Source: Mobula hypostoma (taxonomy: Eukaryota). From it: a stretch of DNA of 64,000 bases. Shown here in pieces: positions 23,881 through 35,559 of this stretch. Position 1 is the stretch's first letter. Every line of letters starts with the position of its first letter. The stretch is from contig NC_086111.1 of assembly GCF_963921235.1 (NCBI RefSeq), forward strand, positions 14,880,001 through 14,944,000, in the 5' to 3' direction. The notes under the pieces are model-generated. The model searched no databases, was not told the DNA's origin, and worked only from the letters and a program-made list of their open reading frames with translations. Position numbers and translations under genes: made by a program.

Positions 23881-24989
23881 TGCCTCCATGCTTCGCTTCG
23901 TGTTAACTGCTAGTCAGTTCTTATACCTGCATCTAACAGCTTGCTTCCTGACCTCTGTGGGGCATGGAGCAAACTGCAAAGGTGCAGGTGAATATTAATA
24001 TGTAAAAGCTCACAGATCCATTTCAACACTGCACCGAGACTGACAGTGGGTTTTGAGGGCTGCAAGAACATTCATGCATGAGGTTCAAGATAGCTCTGCA
24101 GAAATATAGAGAAGCAAAATCACCACAATAAGTAGCAACAGATGAAGTTGGAGGAGAGAAGAGGGGGGAAAATGTGGCATTACCAGCCCACCAGTCCCTG
24201 GGTGTTCTGCGCAGAAACAGAATTCTGCTAATTGAGGCTGAGAAACCAATTCATGAAGTGGCTTATGGGTTGCGCTCTCTCTGTGAATGGAAAGAGTGGC
24301 ACAGAGGTACAGCTGTTAGAACAATTCAAGTGATCTTGGTTTGAAACTGACCTTGAGCGTTGTCCTTCTGGAATCTGCCTGCTCCATGTGACCACTTCGG
24401 TTTCTTCCATCTTCTTCCAGCTGTTCTGACTGTGGGGAAGAATAGGTTACCAGGGAAAAAGTTAGCAGCGAATAGGAGGGTTCTGTGAGCTGGCATAGAT
24501 TTAATGGAACAAATTGACCTCCTCTGTTGTATGGAAACAGTGCAAAACTGATGGCAATGTAATGATGCAGATACGTCATTGCAGGAAGGGGAGAGACTCA
24601 TGAAGAGAATGATCTCTTGTGGTCTGGACACACTTTGCAGCAAATCCTCCCAGTAAAGTATTAACAGCACATCCCTTTCTCAAAGGAGAAAATCAGCAAG
24701 CATGCTCTAGGAGACCATAAAAACAGGCCTGGAGCCATCAGTTTCCATTACATGCTGGTTTATTTATTGGGGTAGAACGGTAGATTTAATGACTGAATGC
24801 TCTCTCTCAGAGCTTTGTGAGACACTCGTCCCAATTTTCCATTTTTATACTCGAATGTCATTTCATGCTGAAGTGGTTTCCTTGTCCTGAGGTTAGTGGC
24901 ACTGCCATGAATTGTTCTGACAGCTAAATGCCTCACACACCCTAAGGCATTATCAGAGTAACTTTGGACTCTATCGTGTCACATTGTGG

Positions 24990-25290
24990 GGTGTTGTAAA
25001 GAGGTAGTGCTGCTGCATCACAAATCTGGTGATCTAGGTTCAAATCTGATCTCTGGTGAAGTTTGCACATTCTCCATTAGTTCCCCTAGGCCCTCTGCTT
25101 TCCTCCCAGGTTAATTGGTTACTGTAAATTGTCCCTGGTGTGTAGGTGAGTGGTAGATTTGGCGGAGTTGATGGGGATTTGAGGAAAATAAATGGGATTA
25201 ACATAGGATTAATGTAAATGTGCAGTTGGTGGTCAGCATAAGCTCAATTCGCCAAAGGGCCTGTTTCCTCACTGTACGATTCTATGACAT
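24990..25290 (+). mobile_element. V-SINE/HE1-like tRNA-derived SINE
   Basis: B-box-like ggttcaaatc, the V-domain-like gtttgcacattctcc...tttcctccca, and a CR1-like tail gccaaagggcctgtttc...ttctatga. Confidence 0.7.
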
Positions 25291-26442
25291 ACTCTCAATT
25301 TGCATTTATTTCTTTTCCATCTCTTCCCCCTTATTCACTGTTTTGGATATATCCCTGGAAATACTACTGCACACAGTGCTGAATGCATCATTGAATATAC
25401 GTAAAAATTTTGTCCAGTCAGCTGAATAGGATCTCACAGCAAAGATGACACATATGGGGCTGTCCTCAGAATAATTAACATAACAAACTCTATTTGCTGC
25501 CTTTGGCTCACCAGCCTGTAGTGTGGGTCTGATTGTGCTTGGCTTGCACGTGGCATTGACCTTCTATGGGATTGCATTGCCCGCACTAACCTCCAGCCAT
25601 GTAGCACCCAGTTTGCTGAGATCTTGCTGCCGGACTATGAAGATAAAAATTAGCTTTATTTGTGACAAGCACATTGAAACATACAGTGAAATTTGCCATT
25701 TGCCTCAAATCAAAACAAAGATTCTGCTGAGCAGCCCACAAATGGTTCCATGCTTCGAGCATGTCCAAAACTCACTAATCTTAATCCTATGTCTTTGGAA
25801 TGTGGGAGGAAACTGGAGTGAGAGCCTGAAGGAAACCCACACAGTTATGGGAAGGACATATAAACTCCTAATGAATAATGGCAGCAATTGAACCCCGATC
25901 TTACAACTGGCTCTGAAATAGCATTACACTAACAATCTGGCTCAATCATCTGGCTGCCAGGCAAAGTGTGCTGCTAGAGGGCTGCTTCAGAACAACTTCA
26001 AAGAATGGAGGTGCTTAAAGAAAATTAAAATGCACTTAAATAATTAAAAATGTTAATAATTACTTTAAAATTAAAGTATAATGAATTTATATAAAATACT
26101 ATTACCTTTTGCAAAGTAATTGAAAACTTTAAAATTAATTTAGGAATGAAAAAGATAACTAATCCGTCTAACATCACATCCCTTAATGAAGAGTGATAAG
26201 TACATTCCTATGGTCAGCATAATGATATAGAAACATCAGTGCTGAGGAACAGAAAATTCTACAGAAAGTGGTGGATAGAGTCCAATCCAACAAAGCCCTC
26301 CCAATCATTGAATACATTTACAAGGAGTGCTGCCACAAGAAAGCAGCATTTATCATTAAGAATCTCCCATCATCTAGGCCATACTCTTTTCTCATTACTA
26401 CCATTAGGCAGGAGTTATAGGAGCCTTGGGTCCCACACCACT

Positions 26443-26780
26443 GTGGTTGGCAGCTCATCAAGGAAAAGAAAACTCTGATCTCAAACCTTTGTTGCCTTGT
26501 GGCTATACTCACTCATGGGGAAGGCTTCAAGAGTAAGAGGAAAAATCTGGAGATGGAATCCCTAAGATGAGTTCAACACTGACTGATATCTCCTGCTCAC
26601 TACTGTTGCCAGACTGTATCAATCTCTGCCATTCCTTTGAACTCATCCTCTGCATGGTGGAGAGAGCCTGCTGTATGGACAACAGCTTGCTCTCCATATT
26701 GTACTGCCCTGGCTTGCATATCGACTTTGACGACTAGCTCACAACATCCATGGTCAATCCCAATCGGTGGAGGGCTACCA
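26443..26780 (+). mobile_element. RTE-related non-autonomous element
   Basis: It starts with an RTE-5'UTR-like ggcagctcatcaaggaaaagaaaactctgatctcaaacc. Its 3' part resembles the tail of the SINE at 40963-41268. Confidence 0.55.
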
Positions 26781-26908
26781 TGATTATCTTACAGCCATCA
26801 AACTCCTGAACCTGTGTGATAACCTGAACTCTGAACTGATTCCACAACTTCTGAACTGACTCACTTTCAAAGACTCTACAACTCTGGTTCTCAGTATTAT
26901 TTATTTAC

Positions 26909-29900
26909 TTTTTTTTATGATTTAAATTTTATTGAATTCGTTTACAAATTTTTCCCCGATCCCTTGAGTCAGTGTTGAAATTATGTAAATCATAGCTTAC
27001 AAAACATAAAATTATCCATAAAATAAAAACAAACATGGCAGAAATAAATATCAATATAATAACCATGTGTGTCTATTTAGACCTCTAATAACATAAAAGC
27101 CTGTTATTCAGCAATATGCTTCATCACACATTCACCACTATTTCTCCCCCAGGAAACCTAAATATTTGCCCCATTTTTGTGTATAGATGTCCAATCTATC
27201 AAACTGTTTGTAAGACATGCGTTCAAAAGCTGCCTCTTTGGCTATTTCTGTGGCCCACTCCTGAAATAATGGTTCCCCCCCCCTCCCAAGTTCCTCCAAC
27301 CTCTCAGTATAATTTGTCTTCCTACCATTATACTTGTCTGGATCCAATTTTGAGAGTGTTTATCCCCAAGTAACCCAAGTGTGTCTCCCAAGACAAAAAA
27401 GTCTGGGGCAGAAAGGGAGTTGAATACCCGAAACTTCACCAATATACTTATGTATCATAATCCAAAATTCTTGAATTCTGGGACAGGACCAGAGCGCATG
27501 CACTAAGTACCCTTTATCTGCCTCATAGCGCCAGCATTTAGGGGTATTTTTCAACCCTAATCTATGTAACCTCGCTGGAGTCCAATAAAAACAGTGTGGA
27601 ATCTTAAACTGAATAAGGCGGACCCTCAGGTCTCGACATTGTTTTGACATTTTTGCAAATTTTGTCCCACTCCTTTGTCTCAAAAGTCACACTCAGGTCT
27701 CTTTTCCATGATCTTTCAAGACCCAACAGAAATTTGTCCCCGGAGATTTGTGTTAAAGCTGAATAATAAGTTGAGGCTTTGTGACCTTTACCATATGCAG
27801 CCAGTACAGTAGACAGTATTGTAGCAACTTGTGGGGGTTGCTGTGTAGAACCAAAAGTTGTATGTAGCAAATGACGCAGTTGAAGATATCTCCAAAATTG
27901 TGACCTAGAGATATCGTGCTGTTGGGATAATTGATTAAAAGATTTTAAACTGTCACCATTATAAAGGTCTCCCAATTTAATTATACCTTTCCCTTGCCAT
28001 TCCCTCCAGAAGAAAGTGGACTTATCAATACAGAACTTCGGATTCATCCAGATACTCGAGGCTTCATTCAAATATGGATTAAATTTAAATAATCTAGCTA
28101 TCTTATTCCAAAACAAATGCATATGTGATATAATTGGGTGAGACCTTGCCTCAGGAGGTAACTTGATAGACAAACATTGTAATGGAGGGGTGGGAGGAAG
28201 AGCAGAACACTCAATACGATACCAAGGAGGTGCGCTCTCCGGAGGGAGAGACCAATGTGCTAAATGCTTAAGAGTAAAGGCATAGTAATGGTATATTAAC
28301 TTTGGCAAACCTAAGCCCCCCCTTTCAACTGGCAATTGTAATTTGTTAAAGTTTAAGCGTGGGCATTTACCATTCCAAATAAAAGCCTTAATTATTTTAT
28401 CAAATTGCTTAAAATATGTTGATGGGATTTGAACTGGTAACGATTGGAACAGATAATTAACCTTTGGAATGCTATTCATCTTCAAGGCATTTACTTTTCC
28501 CGACATTGACAAATAGAATGATGACCATCTGTCTACATCACATGAAATTCTCTGCGATAATGGATCAACATTTACCTTTACTAAATCCTTCAGTTGAGGG
28601 GGAAAATTAATACCTAAATATCATATACGTACCCTTCTTTGGCCAGTGAAATTGGCCTGGGTAAAAAGCAGATGCAGGGCAATATGCAGTCAACGGTAGT
28701 GCTTCCGATTTTGTCCAATTAACCTTATAACCTGTGAGTCTAGACAATAGGTGCAGGAGTAGGCCGTTCAGCCCTTCAAGCCAGCACCATCATTCACTGT
28801 GATCATGGCTGATCATCCACAATCAGTACCCTTTTCCTGCCTTCTCCCCGTATCCCTTCACTCTGCTATCTTTAAGAGCTCTATCTAACTCTTTTTTGAA
28901 AGAATCTAGAGAATTGGCCTCCACTGCCTTCTGAGGCAGAGCATTCCACAGAACCACAACCCTCTGCGTGAAAAAGTTTTTCCTCAATTCCGTTCTAAAT
29001 TGGCTACCCCTTATTCTTAAACTGTGGCCTCTGGTTCTGGACTCCCCCAACATCGGGGACATGTTTCCTGCCTCTAGCGTGTCCAGTCCCTTAATAATCT
29101 TATATGTTTCAATCAGATCCCCTCTCATCCTTCTAAATTCCAGTGTATACAACCCCAGTTGCTCCAATCTTTCAACATATGACAGTCCTGCCATTCCGGG
29201 AATTAACCTTGTGAACCTACGCTGCACTCCCTCAATAGCTAGAATGTCCTTCCTCAAATTTGGAGACCAAAACTGTACACAATATTCCAGATGTGGTCTC
29301 ACCAGGGCCCTGTACAACTGCAGATGGACCTCTTTGCTCCTATACTCAACTCCCCTTGTTATGAAGGCCAGCATGCCATTAGCTTTCTTCACTGCCTGCT
29401 GTACCTGCTTGCTTACTTTCAGTAACTGATGAACAAGGACACCTAGATCTCATTGTACTTCCCCTTTTCCTAACTTGACACCATTCAGATAGTAATCTGC
29501 CTTCCTGTTCTTGGCGCCAAAGTGGATAACTTCACATTTATCCACATTAAACTGCATCTGCCCACTCACCTAACCTGTCCAAGTCACCCTGCATTCTCAT
29601 AACATCCTCCTCACATTTCACACTGCCACCCAGCTTTGTGTCATCTGCAAAGTTGCTAATGTTACTTTTTATCCCTTCATCTAAATCATTAATGTAGAAA
29701 CGTTTGTATATTGTAAATAGCTGCGGTCCCAGCACCGAGCCTTACGGTACCCCACTAGTCACTGCCTGCCATTCTGAAATTAATCCCTACTCTTTGTTTA
29801 CTGTCTGTCAACCAATTTTCTATCCATGTCAGTACCCTACCCCCAATACCATTTGCTCTAATTTTGCACACTAACCTCCTATGTGGGACCTTATCAAAGG

Positions 29901-30332
29901 CTTTCTGAAAGTCCAGGTACACTACATCCACTGGCTTTCCCATGTCCATTTTCATAGTCACATTCTCAAAAAAGTTCCATAAGATTAGTCAAGCATGATT
30001 TCCCCTTCGTAAATCCATGCTGACTCAGACCTATCCTGCCACTGCTATCCAAATATGCCGCTATTTCATCTTTTATAATTGATTCCAGCATCTTCCCCAC
30101 CACTGATGTCAGACTAACTGGTCTATAATTGCCTGTTTTCTCTCTCCCTTCTTTCTTGAGTAAGACTTTATAATGTTAAAAAGACATGGCACTGATTGAC
30201 TAGGGTCAGACACAAATAATAAAATATCATCCGCATAAAGCATCAGTTTATGAACCTGTCTTCCCACAGATATCCCTATAAAGTTCTCATTCTCTCTGAT
30301 GGCTGCTGTCGGGGGCTCTAGACAGAACAACA
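26909..30332 (-). mobile_element. 5'-truncated L1-clade LINE (ORF2 RT C-half, zinc-knuckle region, poly-A), split by a CR1 at 28742-30158
   Basis: HKLMLYADDILLF at about 30250, then GYKVNWTKSE. An intact 302-aa stretch includes GKVNALKMNSIPKVNYLFQSLP and RGGLGLP, followed by CWRY...HALWSCPRI. AATAAA and an A-run lie at 26909-26933. Confidence 0.92.
28742..30158 (-). mobile_element. Young CR1 LINE 3' portion
   Basis: VDVVYLDFQKAFDKVPH, FADDTKLGG, LYRALVRPHLEYCVQFWSP and RGDLIETYKI. The tail ends ...cctattgtct. Confidence 0.93.
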
Positions 30333-30514
30333 TTGGAGAACTGATTTGTCGTCTTTTGCACATTGATTGTTTGTCAGTCTTTGTAAAGTATATTCATAAA
30401 TTCTATTGAATTTCTTATTTTCCTGTAAATGCCTGCAAGAAAATGAATCTCAAGGTAGTATATGGTGACATATATATACTTTAATAATAAATTTACTTCA
30501 CACTTTGAAGACCA

Positions 30515-31499
30515 CTCTGGCAGACCACAGTACATGTGCTTGCAACACTGTGTGTCCGACAGAGTGATCAGCAGCACTGGGCTCCACAGGGAACTGTCTT
30601 GTCTCCCTTTCTCTTCACCATTTACACCTCAGACTTCAACTACTGCACAGAGTCTTGTCATCTTCAGAAGTTTTCAGATGACTCTGCCATAGTTGGATGC
30701 ATCAGCAAGGGAGATGAGGTTGAGTACAGGGCTACGGTAGGAAACTTTGTCACATGGTGTGAGCAGAATTATCTGCAGCTTAATGTGAAAAAGACTAAGG
30801 AGCTGGTGGTAGACCTGAGGACAGCTAAGGCACCGGTGACCCCTGTTTCCATCCAGGGGGTCAGGGTGGACATGGTGGAGGATTACAAATACCTGGGGAT
30901 ACGAATTGACAATAAACTGGACTGGTCAAAGAACACTAAGGCTGTCTACAAGAAGGGGCAGAGCCGTCTTTATTTCCTGAGGAGACTGAGGTCCTTTAAC
31001 ATCTGTCGGATGATGCTGAGAATGTTCTACGAGTCTGTGGTGGCCAGTGCTATCATGTTTGCTGTTGTGTGCTGGGGCAGCAGGCTGAGGGTAGCAGACA
31101 CCAACAGAATCAACAAACTCATTCGTAAGGCCAGAGATGTTGTGGGGATGGAACTGGATTCTCTGACGATGGTGTCTGAAAAGAGGATGCTGTCCAAGTT
31201 GCATGCCATCTTGGACAATGTCTCCCATCCACTCCATAATGGACTGATTGGGCAGAGGAGTACATTCAGCCAGAGACTCATTCCACCAAGATGCAACATT
31301 CAAGCGTCATAGCAAGTCATTCCTGCCTGTGGCCATCAAACTTTACAACTCCTCCCTTGGAGGGTCAGACACCCTGAGCCTATTTCCTGGCATAATTTAC
31401 ATATTACTATTTAATTATTTATGGTTTTATTACTGTTTATTTATGGTGCAACTGTAACGAAAACCAATTTCCCTCGGGATCAATGAAGTATGACTATGA
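30515..31499 (+). mobile_element. Young Rex/Babar-like LINE copy 3
   Basis: APQGTVLSPFLFTIYTSDF...KFSDD..., with two 1-nt frameshifts and the tail atgactatga. Confidence 0.92.
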
Positions 31500-31949
31500 A
31501 TGCTGAGGAATCAGCTGTAAAGTGTATTTGTCGGTTGCAGAGGGAGGGCAGCTTTTAAAATGGTCCATAGAATGATGGTCGAACTAACTGCTTTGCCCTG
31601 AGTCTCTCACAGCTTTTGTGTGTAGTTGGAACTGTACTGGTCAAGCAGGTGTTCTGGGAATATTTCATTGCATTCCTCCTGTATGCCTTGGTGATAAATA
31701 GGCTTTGGGATTCCAAAGATGAGAATGCACATCTGCTCTACTCTTGTCATTGTATCTGAGCAGCAGCACATGTTATTTTATGGTTGGTGTTTTGGGAGTC
31801 AGCTGGACAGAGGAGAATCTAAGGAAATCACCATTTACTACCTTGATAGGACTTTTGAGTGCTAAATGAAGGCAAAAATATTTGCAGCTACCTTTAGCTA
31901 GTAATGTAAAATGGTTAAACTGTTTTGGTCATCTAGGGAAAATATCTAT

Positions 31950-32390
31950 GAAGTTTTCAGTCATCCAGGTCATTGTATGTCAAGCAGTAGCAAATCAAGG
32001 TAACTGGACTTGCTGAGTTGTCTAGAAGACCTTTTGTCATTCACCCAAGAGGCTTCTTCAGTTCTGATCCATGGTGGGTAGTTTTCCAGCTTATAAACCC
32101 TGAGAGTTGTTTAAAGGTATTGTAATCACATCAGGGTCGCTAAGAGTCATATAGGAGGAAGAGGGTCATGTAGTCTTACCTTTGCATGAACGGAGGTGTG
32201 AACTGTAGTGGAGGTGCAGGGGTAGAGATGTTAGGACCGCATTGTAAGTAGCTGATAGGTGGTGTTGTACCCCACTCTCTCTGTTCAGGGATGGGTTTTC
32301 CAGTTTGACAAAGATGGCTACTTTAACCCCTCTTTCAAACCACCAGTTCTCTTGTCCAAAATATGCACATAGTTATCATTAAAAGAGTGG
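31950..32390 (-). mobile_element. Second Penelope family (Poseidon-type) 3' end with a degenerate hammerhead
   Basis: Allowing one frameshift, the minus strand reads HSFNDNYVHILDK..WFERGVKVAIFVKLENPSLNRESGVQHHLSATYNAVL. It is followed by agaa-ctgaaga-agcctcttgggtgaatgac-aaaa-ggtc-ttct at 32024-32065. Confidence 0.8.
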
Positions 32391-32979
32391 GGTACAAGAT
32401 CAATCTAATCCTTCCTTCTTACATATCCCTCCATTTGTCTGTCATCCATGTGCCTATCCAAGAGTTTATTAAATGTCCCTAATCTACCACCTCTCCTGGC
32501 AGTGTGCTCCGTGCACTCACCACTCTGTAGATAATGAAATTACCTCTAACATCCCCCCTTTACTTTTCTCCAATCACCTTAAAATTATGCCCTCTTGTAT
32601 TAGCCATTTCCACTTCTTACCATCTTGTGTGCAAAAAGCAGAAGCAAGTCATCCTTGATACTCGGGACTGCATTGAAAGAAGCAGTAATTGAGGCTTGTA
32701 TAAAGATCCTCCTTCACATTATCAGGAGCCAGCATCATTGCTGCATGAACAGTGCCAAGTGCTGCATAAGAATACTAGCTGCAATGTCAACTGTAGTGAC
32801 ATTGGGTAGAGGAGTAATACCACAAAGTTGTGAGTGAGAGTACATGTGACAGTGAAATCTTCTTGTAATTCATCCGCAGGCCTTCAGCACAGATGAGGGT
32901 ATGCTCCACAATTGAAATTACATCAGAGGCTCTCATCTTAATTTGTACAGCAATGTTGATACAGTTCCCATCAATGATA

Positions 32980-33065
32980 TCCTGATGAAGGGTCCCGGCC
33001 TGAAACATTGTGTTTTTATGCTGCCTGACCTGCTGAGTTCCTCCAATGTTTTGTGTGCGTTGCTC
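32980..33065 (+). mobile_element. Solo Penelope terminal module starting at the hammerhead core
   Basis: cctgatgaagggtcccggcctgaaacattg...gctgcctgacctgctgagttcctcca...tgtgtgcgttgc. Confidence 0.8.
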
Positions 33066-34522
33066 TCACCTTTGATTGTTATTTACAGATTTTTCACTGT
33101 GTAACAATTGTATACATGCTCCAGGGTGTTAAGTTAAACTCTCCTTTCAGAATTATCATTTTATAGGTTTTGGGATATGCAGATAACCATAACTATGACC
33201 AACCAACTAGCTGACTGGGCAAACAATAAATAAGAATCCTTTTCTCATGTTTTGTTTTTGTGGAGAGGAGAGGGGGGCGGCATCCTGGAAAGGTTTGCTC
33301 TGTCACTTCAGTAGCACACAAACTTTCTCCATTGACCTGGGGTCAAGAGGCAAATGACCATCATACTGGAGCTGTCAGTCAGCTGGGAACTTTCAGTGAG
33401 AGGCTCATCTGCCCCTGTTGTGATTCCCTATTGCCGCAGTACTTTATTAGTCAACAGCTGAGACCTTACAATAAGTAGATTTAAGTCCCACACTCTGTTT
33501 CCTTACAAATTAGTGCACACAAGCACTTGAGATTGTAATGTGTATGCTGATGAGCTCAGCTGCAGGCTGTTGGCAGCTGGAACTGCCCTTGAGAAATTGT
33601 CACAGTGGCTTGCAAATGCTGCGTGTGTTTTAATGACAGCGATACTCCCTGTGTCTCTGGCTCGAGCACACTCCTTCCAGCAAGACAGCGAGACTGCCTG
33701 ACCTATAGCTGGGACAATTCTTGAAGCATTCGGATGTGTTTGTGCACAATGGCTGTGTGCGTGATGATTTTCACAATCTTAATGCTCCCAAAACAGGCAC
33801 TCTATTCCAAGGTTTGTCACAGAAATCGATTACTTGGTGAGCAGAGGAAAGTATTCAAGAATGTGCTCAAAAAAATCAAACATATTTCATGGAAGTTGCT
33901 GTTCTGACAGGAATACAAAGTCATTAGAGTGGTAGGTGTGGCTTCCACTTTTTAAACACAAGTGCATTAAGTCTTGTAAGGCAATCAAAGACTCAAAGGT
34001 TTTTTTTCTCCATGAATAGTGCATGTACAGATACAGACATTGGACTCAGAAATCATGAAAGTAAGCAAATTATTAAATTCAAGGCCTGAAACATCTGATT
34101 GCATAGCACTGAAAAAATACAGAACGGAGGTGAAAATTGGCTTGACCTAGAGTGCAGCACTGTAGTGACACTTCCTGGGTCACATCACACCACACTGGAA
34201 GCATGTTCTGGGGCTTGCTGTCAGAATTTAGATTTTCAGCACCAAAAAGACAAACAGTAAGAACCACAATTGTGCTGATACGTTTTAATTTTAGGCTACA
34301 TTGGTCCAGAAATGTGTGGTTGGTGATCGCCCTTGGACCTGAATCAGAATCAGGTGTATGTCATAGAACTTGTTATTTTGTGGCAGCAGTACAGTGAAAT
34401 GCATCAAAACTACTAAAAGTTACAATAAGAAGTGTATGTAAGAAAATAGTGGAAAAAGAGAGTAAAATAATGAAGTAGCGTTCATGGACCGTTCAGAAAT
34501 CTGATGGCAGAGTGGATGAAGC

Positions 34523-35450
34523 CAGACATCCCACCCTGCAAAAACTCAATTCAGGGAGGTAGCACCATCAATTTGCGGGAGACTTCCGAGAGAGGTGGGA
34601 TGTCTGCAATAGAGTAGCTCCTTAGCAGCCAGCCAGCTAGTTTAAATAACATTAGCTATGCTAATGAACGAATGACACCTGTTAAACTCACCTCAACACG
34701 TCTTTTACAGTTTTAACCCACCATGGGCAATAGAAGAGTCACTGTTGCAAACAGTGCAGCGAGCAACACTGTCATTATTCTGACCGCTGTTAGGTGGGGT
34801 ACACTTTAGTGTAGTCTAGGGTGATGTACGTTTTATTTTTTTTTGGAACACTCTGCCACTCTGACTTTTTTTGGAACTCTCTCGCTCTTGCTCTTGCTCT
34901 CGCGCTCTCTCGCTCGTGGTTGCTGTCACTCGTGCTTGCTTTCTCGCTCTTGCTCTCGATCTCTTGCGCTTGCTTTCTCGCTCTCTCATGCTTGTTCGCT
35001 CTTGCTGTCACGCACTCTCTCGCACTCTCGCGCTTGCTTTCTTGCTCTCACTCTCTTGCGCTTGCTTTCTCGCTTGCTCTCGCGCTTGCTTTCTCGCTTG
35101 CTCTCGTGCTTGCTTTCTCGCTCGCTCTCGCGCTTGCTTTCTCGCTCTCACTCTCTTCGCGCGCTTGCTTTCTCGCTCTCACTCTCTCGCGCTTGCTTTC
35201 TCACTCTTGCTCTCGCTCTCTCACGCATGCTTCTCTCGCTCTCTCTAGTGGTTGCTCTCACTTGCGCTCGCTCTCTTGCGCTTGCTTTCTTGCTGTTGCG
35301 CTCGCTCTCACGCTGTCTCTCGCGTGCTCTCTCACGCTCGCTCTCAAAAAAAATCAATTTCCAGGACATTGTATATAATTTGCGGGCATCAGGGAGCCAC
35401 TATTAATTTGCGGGAGACTCCCGGAACTTCCAGGAGAGGTGGGATGTCTG
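34523..35450. mobile_element. Non-autonomous DNA transposon (P/hAT-like) with 13-bp TIRs and a 7-bp TSD, inserted in a Rex-like tail
   Basis: TIRs cagacatcccacc and ggtgggatgtctg. TSD atgaagc at 34516-34522 and 35451-35457. An extra right end lies at about 34549-34606. Confidence 0.88.
34878..35345. repeat. CpG-rich pyrimidine-skewed satellite (ctcgcgcttgcttt / ctcgctct units)
   Basis: Tandem degenerate units with almost no A on the + strand. These explain the spurious ORFs in several frames. Confidence 0.95.
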
Positions 35451-35559
35451 ATGAAGCTGTTCCAAAATCATTGACTGTGGGTCTTCAGGCTCCTGTACAT
35501 CTCTCCCAATGACAGTAATGGGAAGAAAGCATGAGCTGGACGATGCTTTTTAGTGTTTA

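Larger units (their letters stand above)
26230..30510 (+). mobile_element. Old Rex-like 3' fragment (26230-26442, 26780-26908, 30333-30510) split by later insertions
   Basis: The pieces join into the same 3' sequence as 19850-20580. Confidence 0.7.

Noticed and set aside
29690-29712. 12-nt in-frame insertion with the palindrome aaacgttt in a CR1 RT
   Set aside because: A small repair or slippage scar in a dead copy, with no sign of function.
34790-35512. Overlapping ORFs of up to 187 aa (LALA/SRSR-rich)
   Set aside because: They are an artefact of an A-poor satellite that lacks stop codons in several frames.
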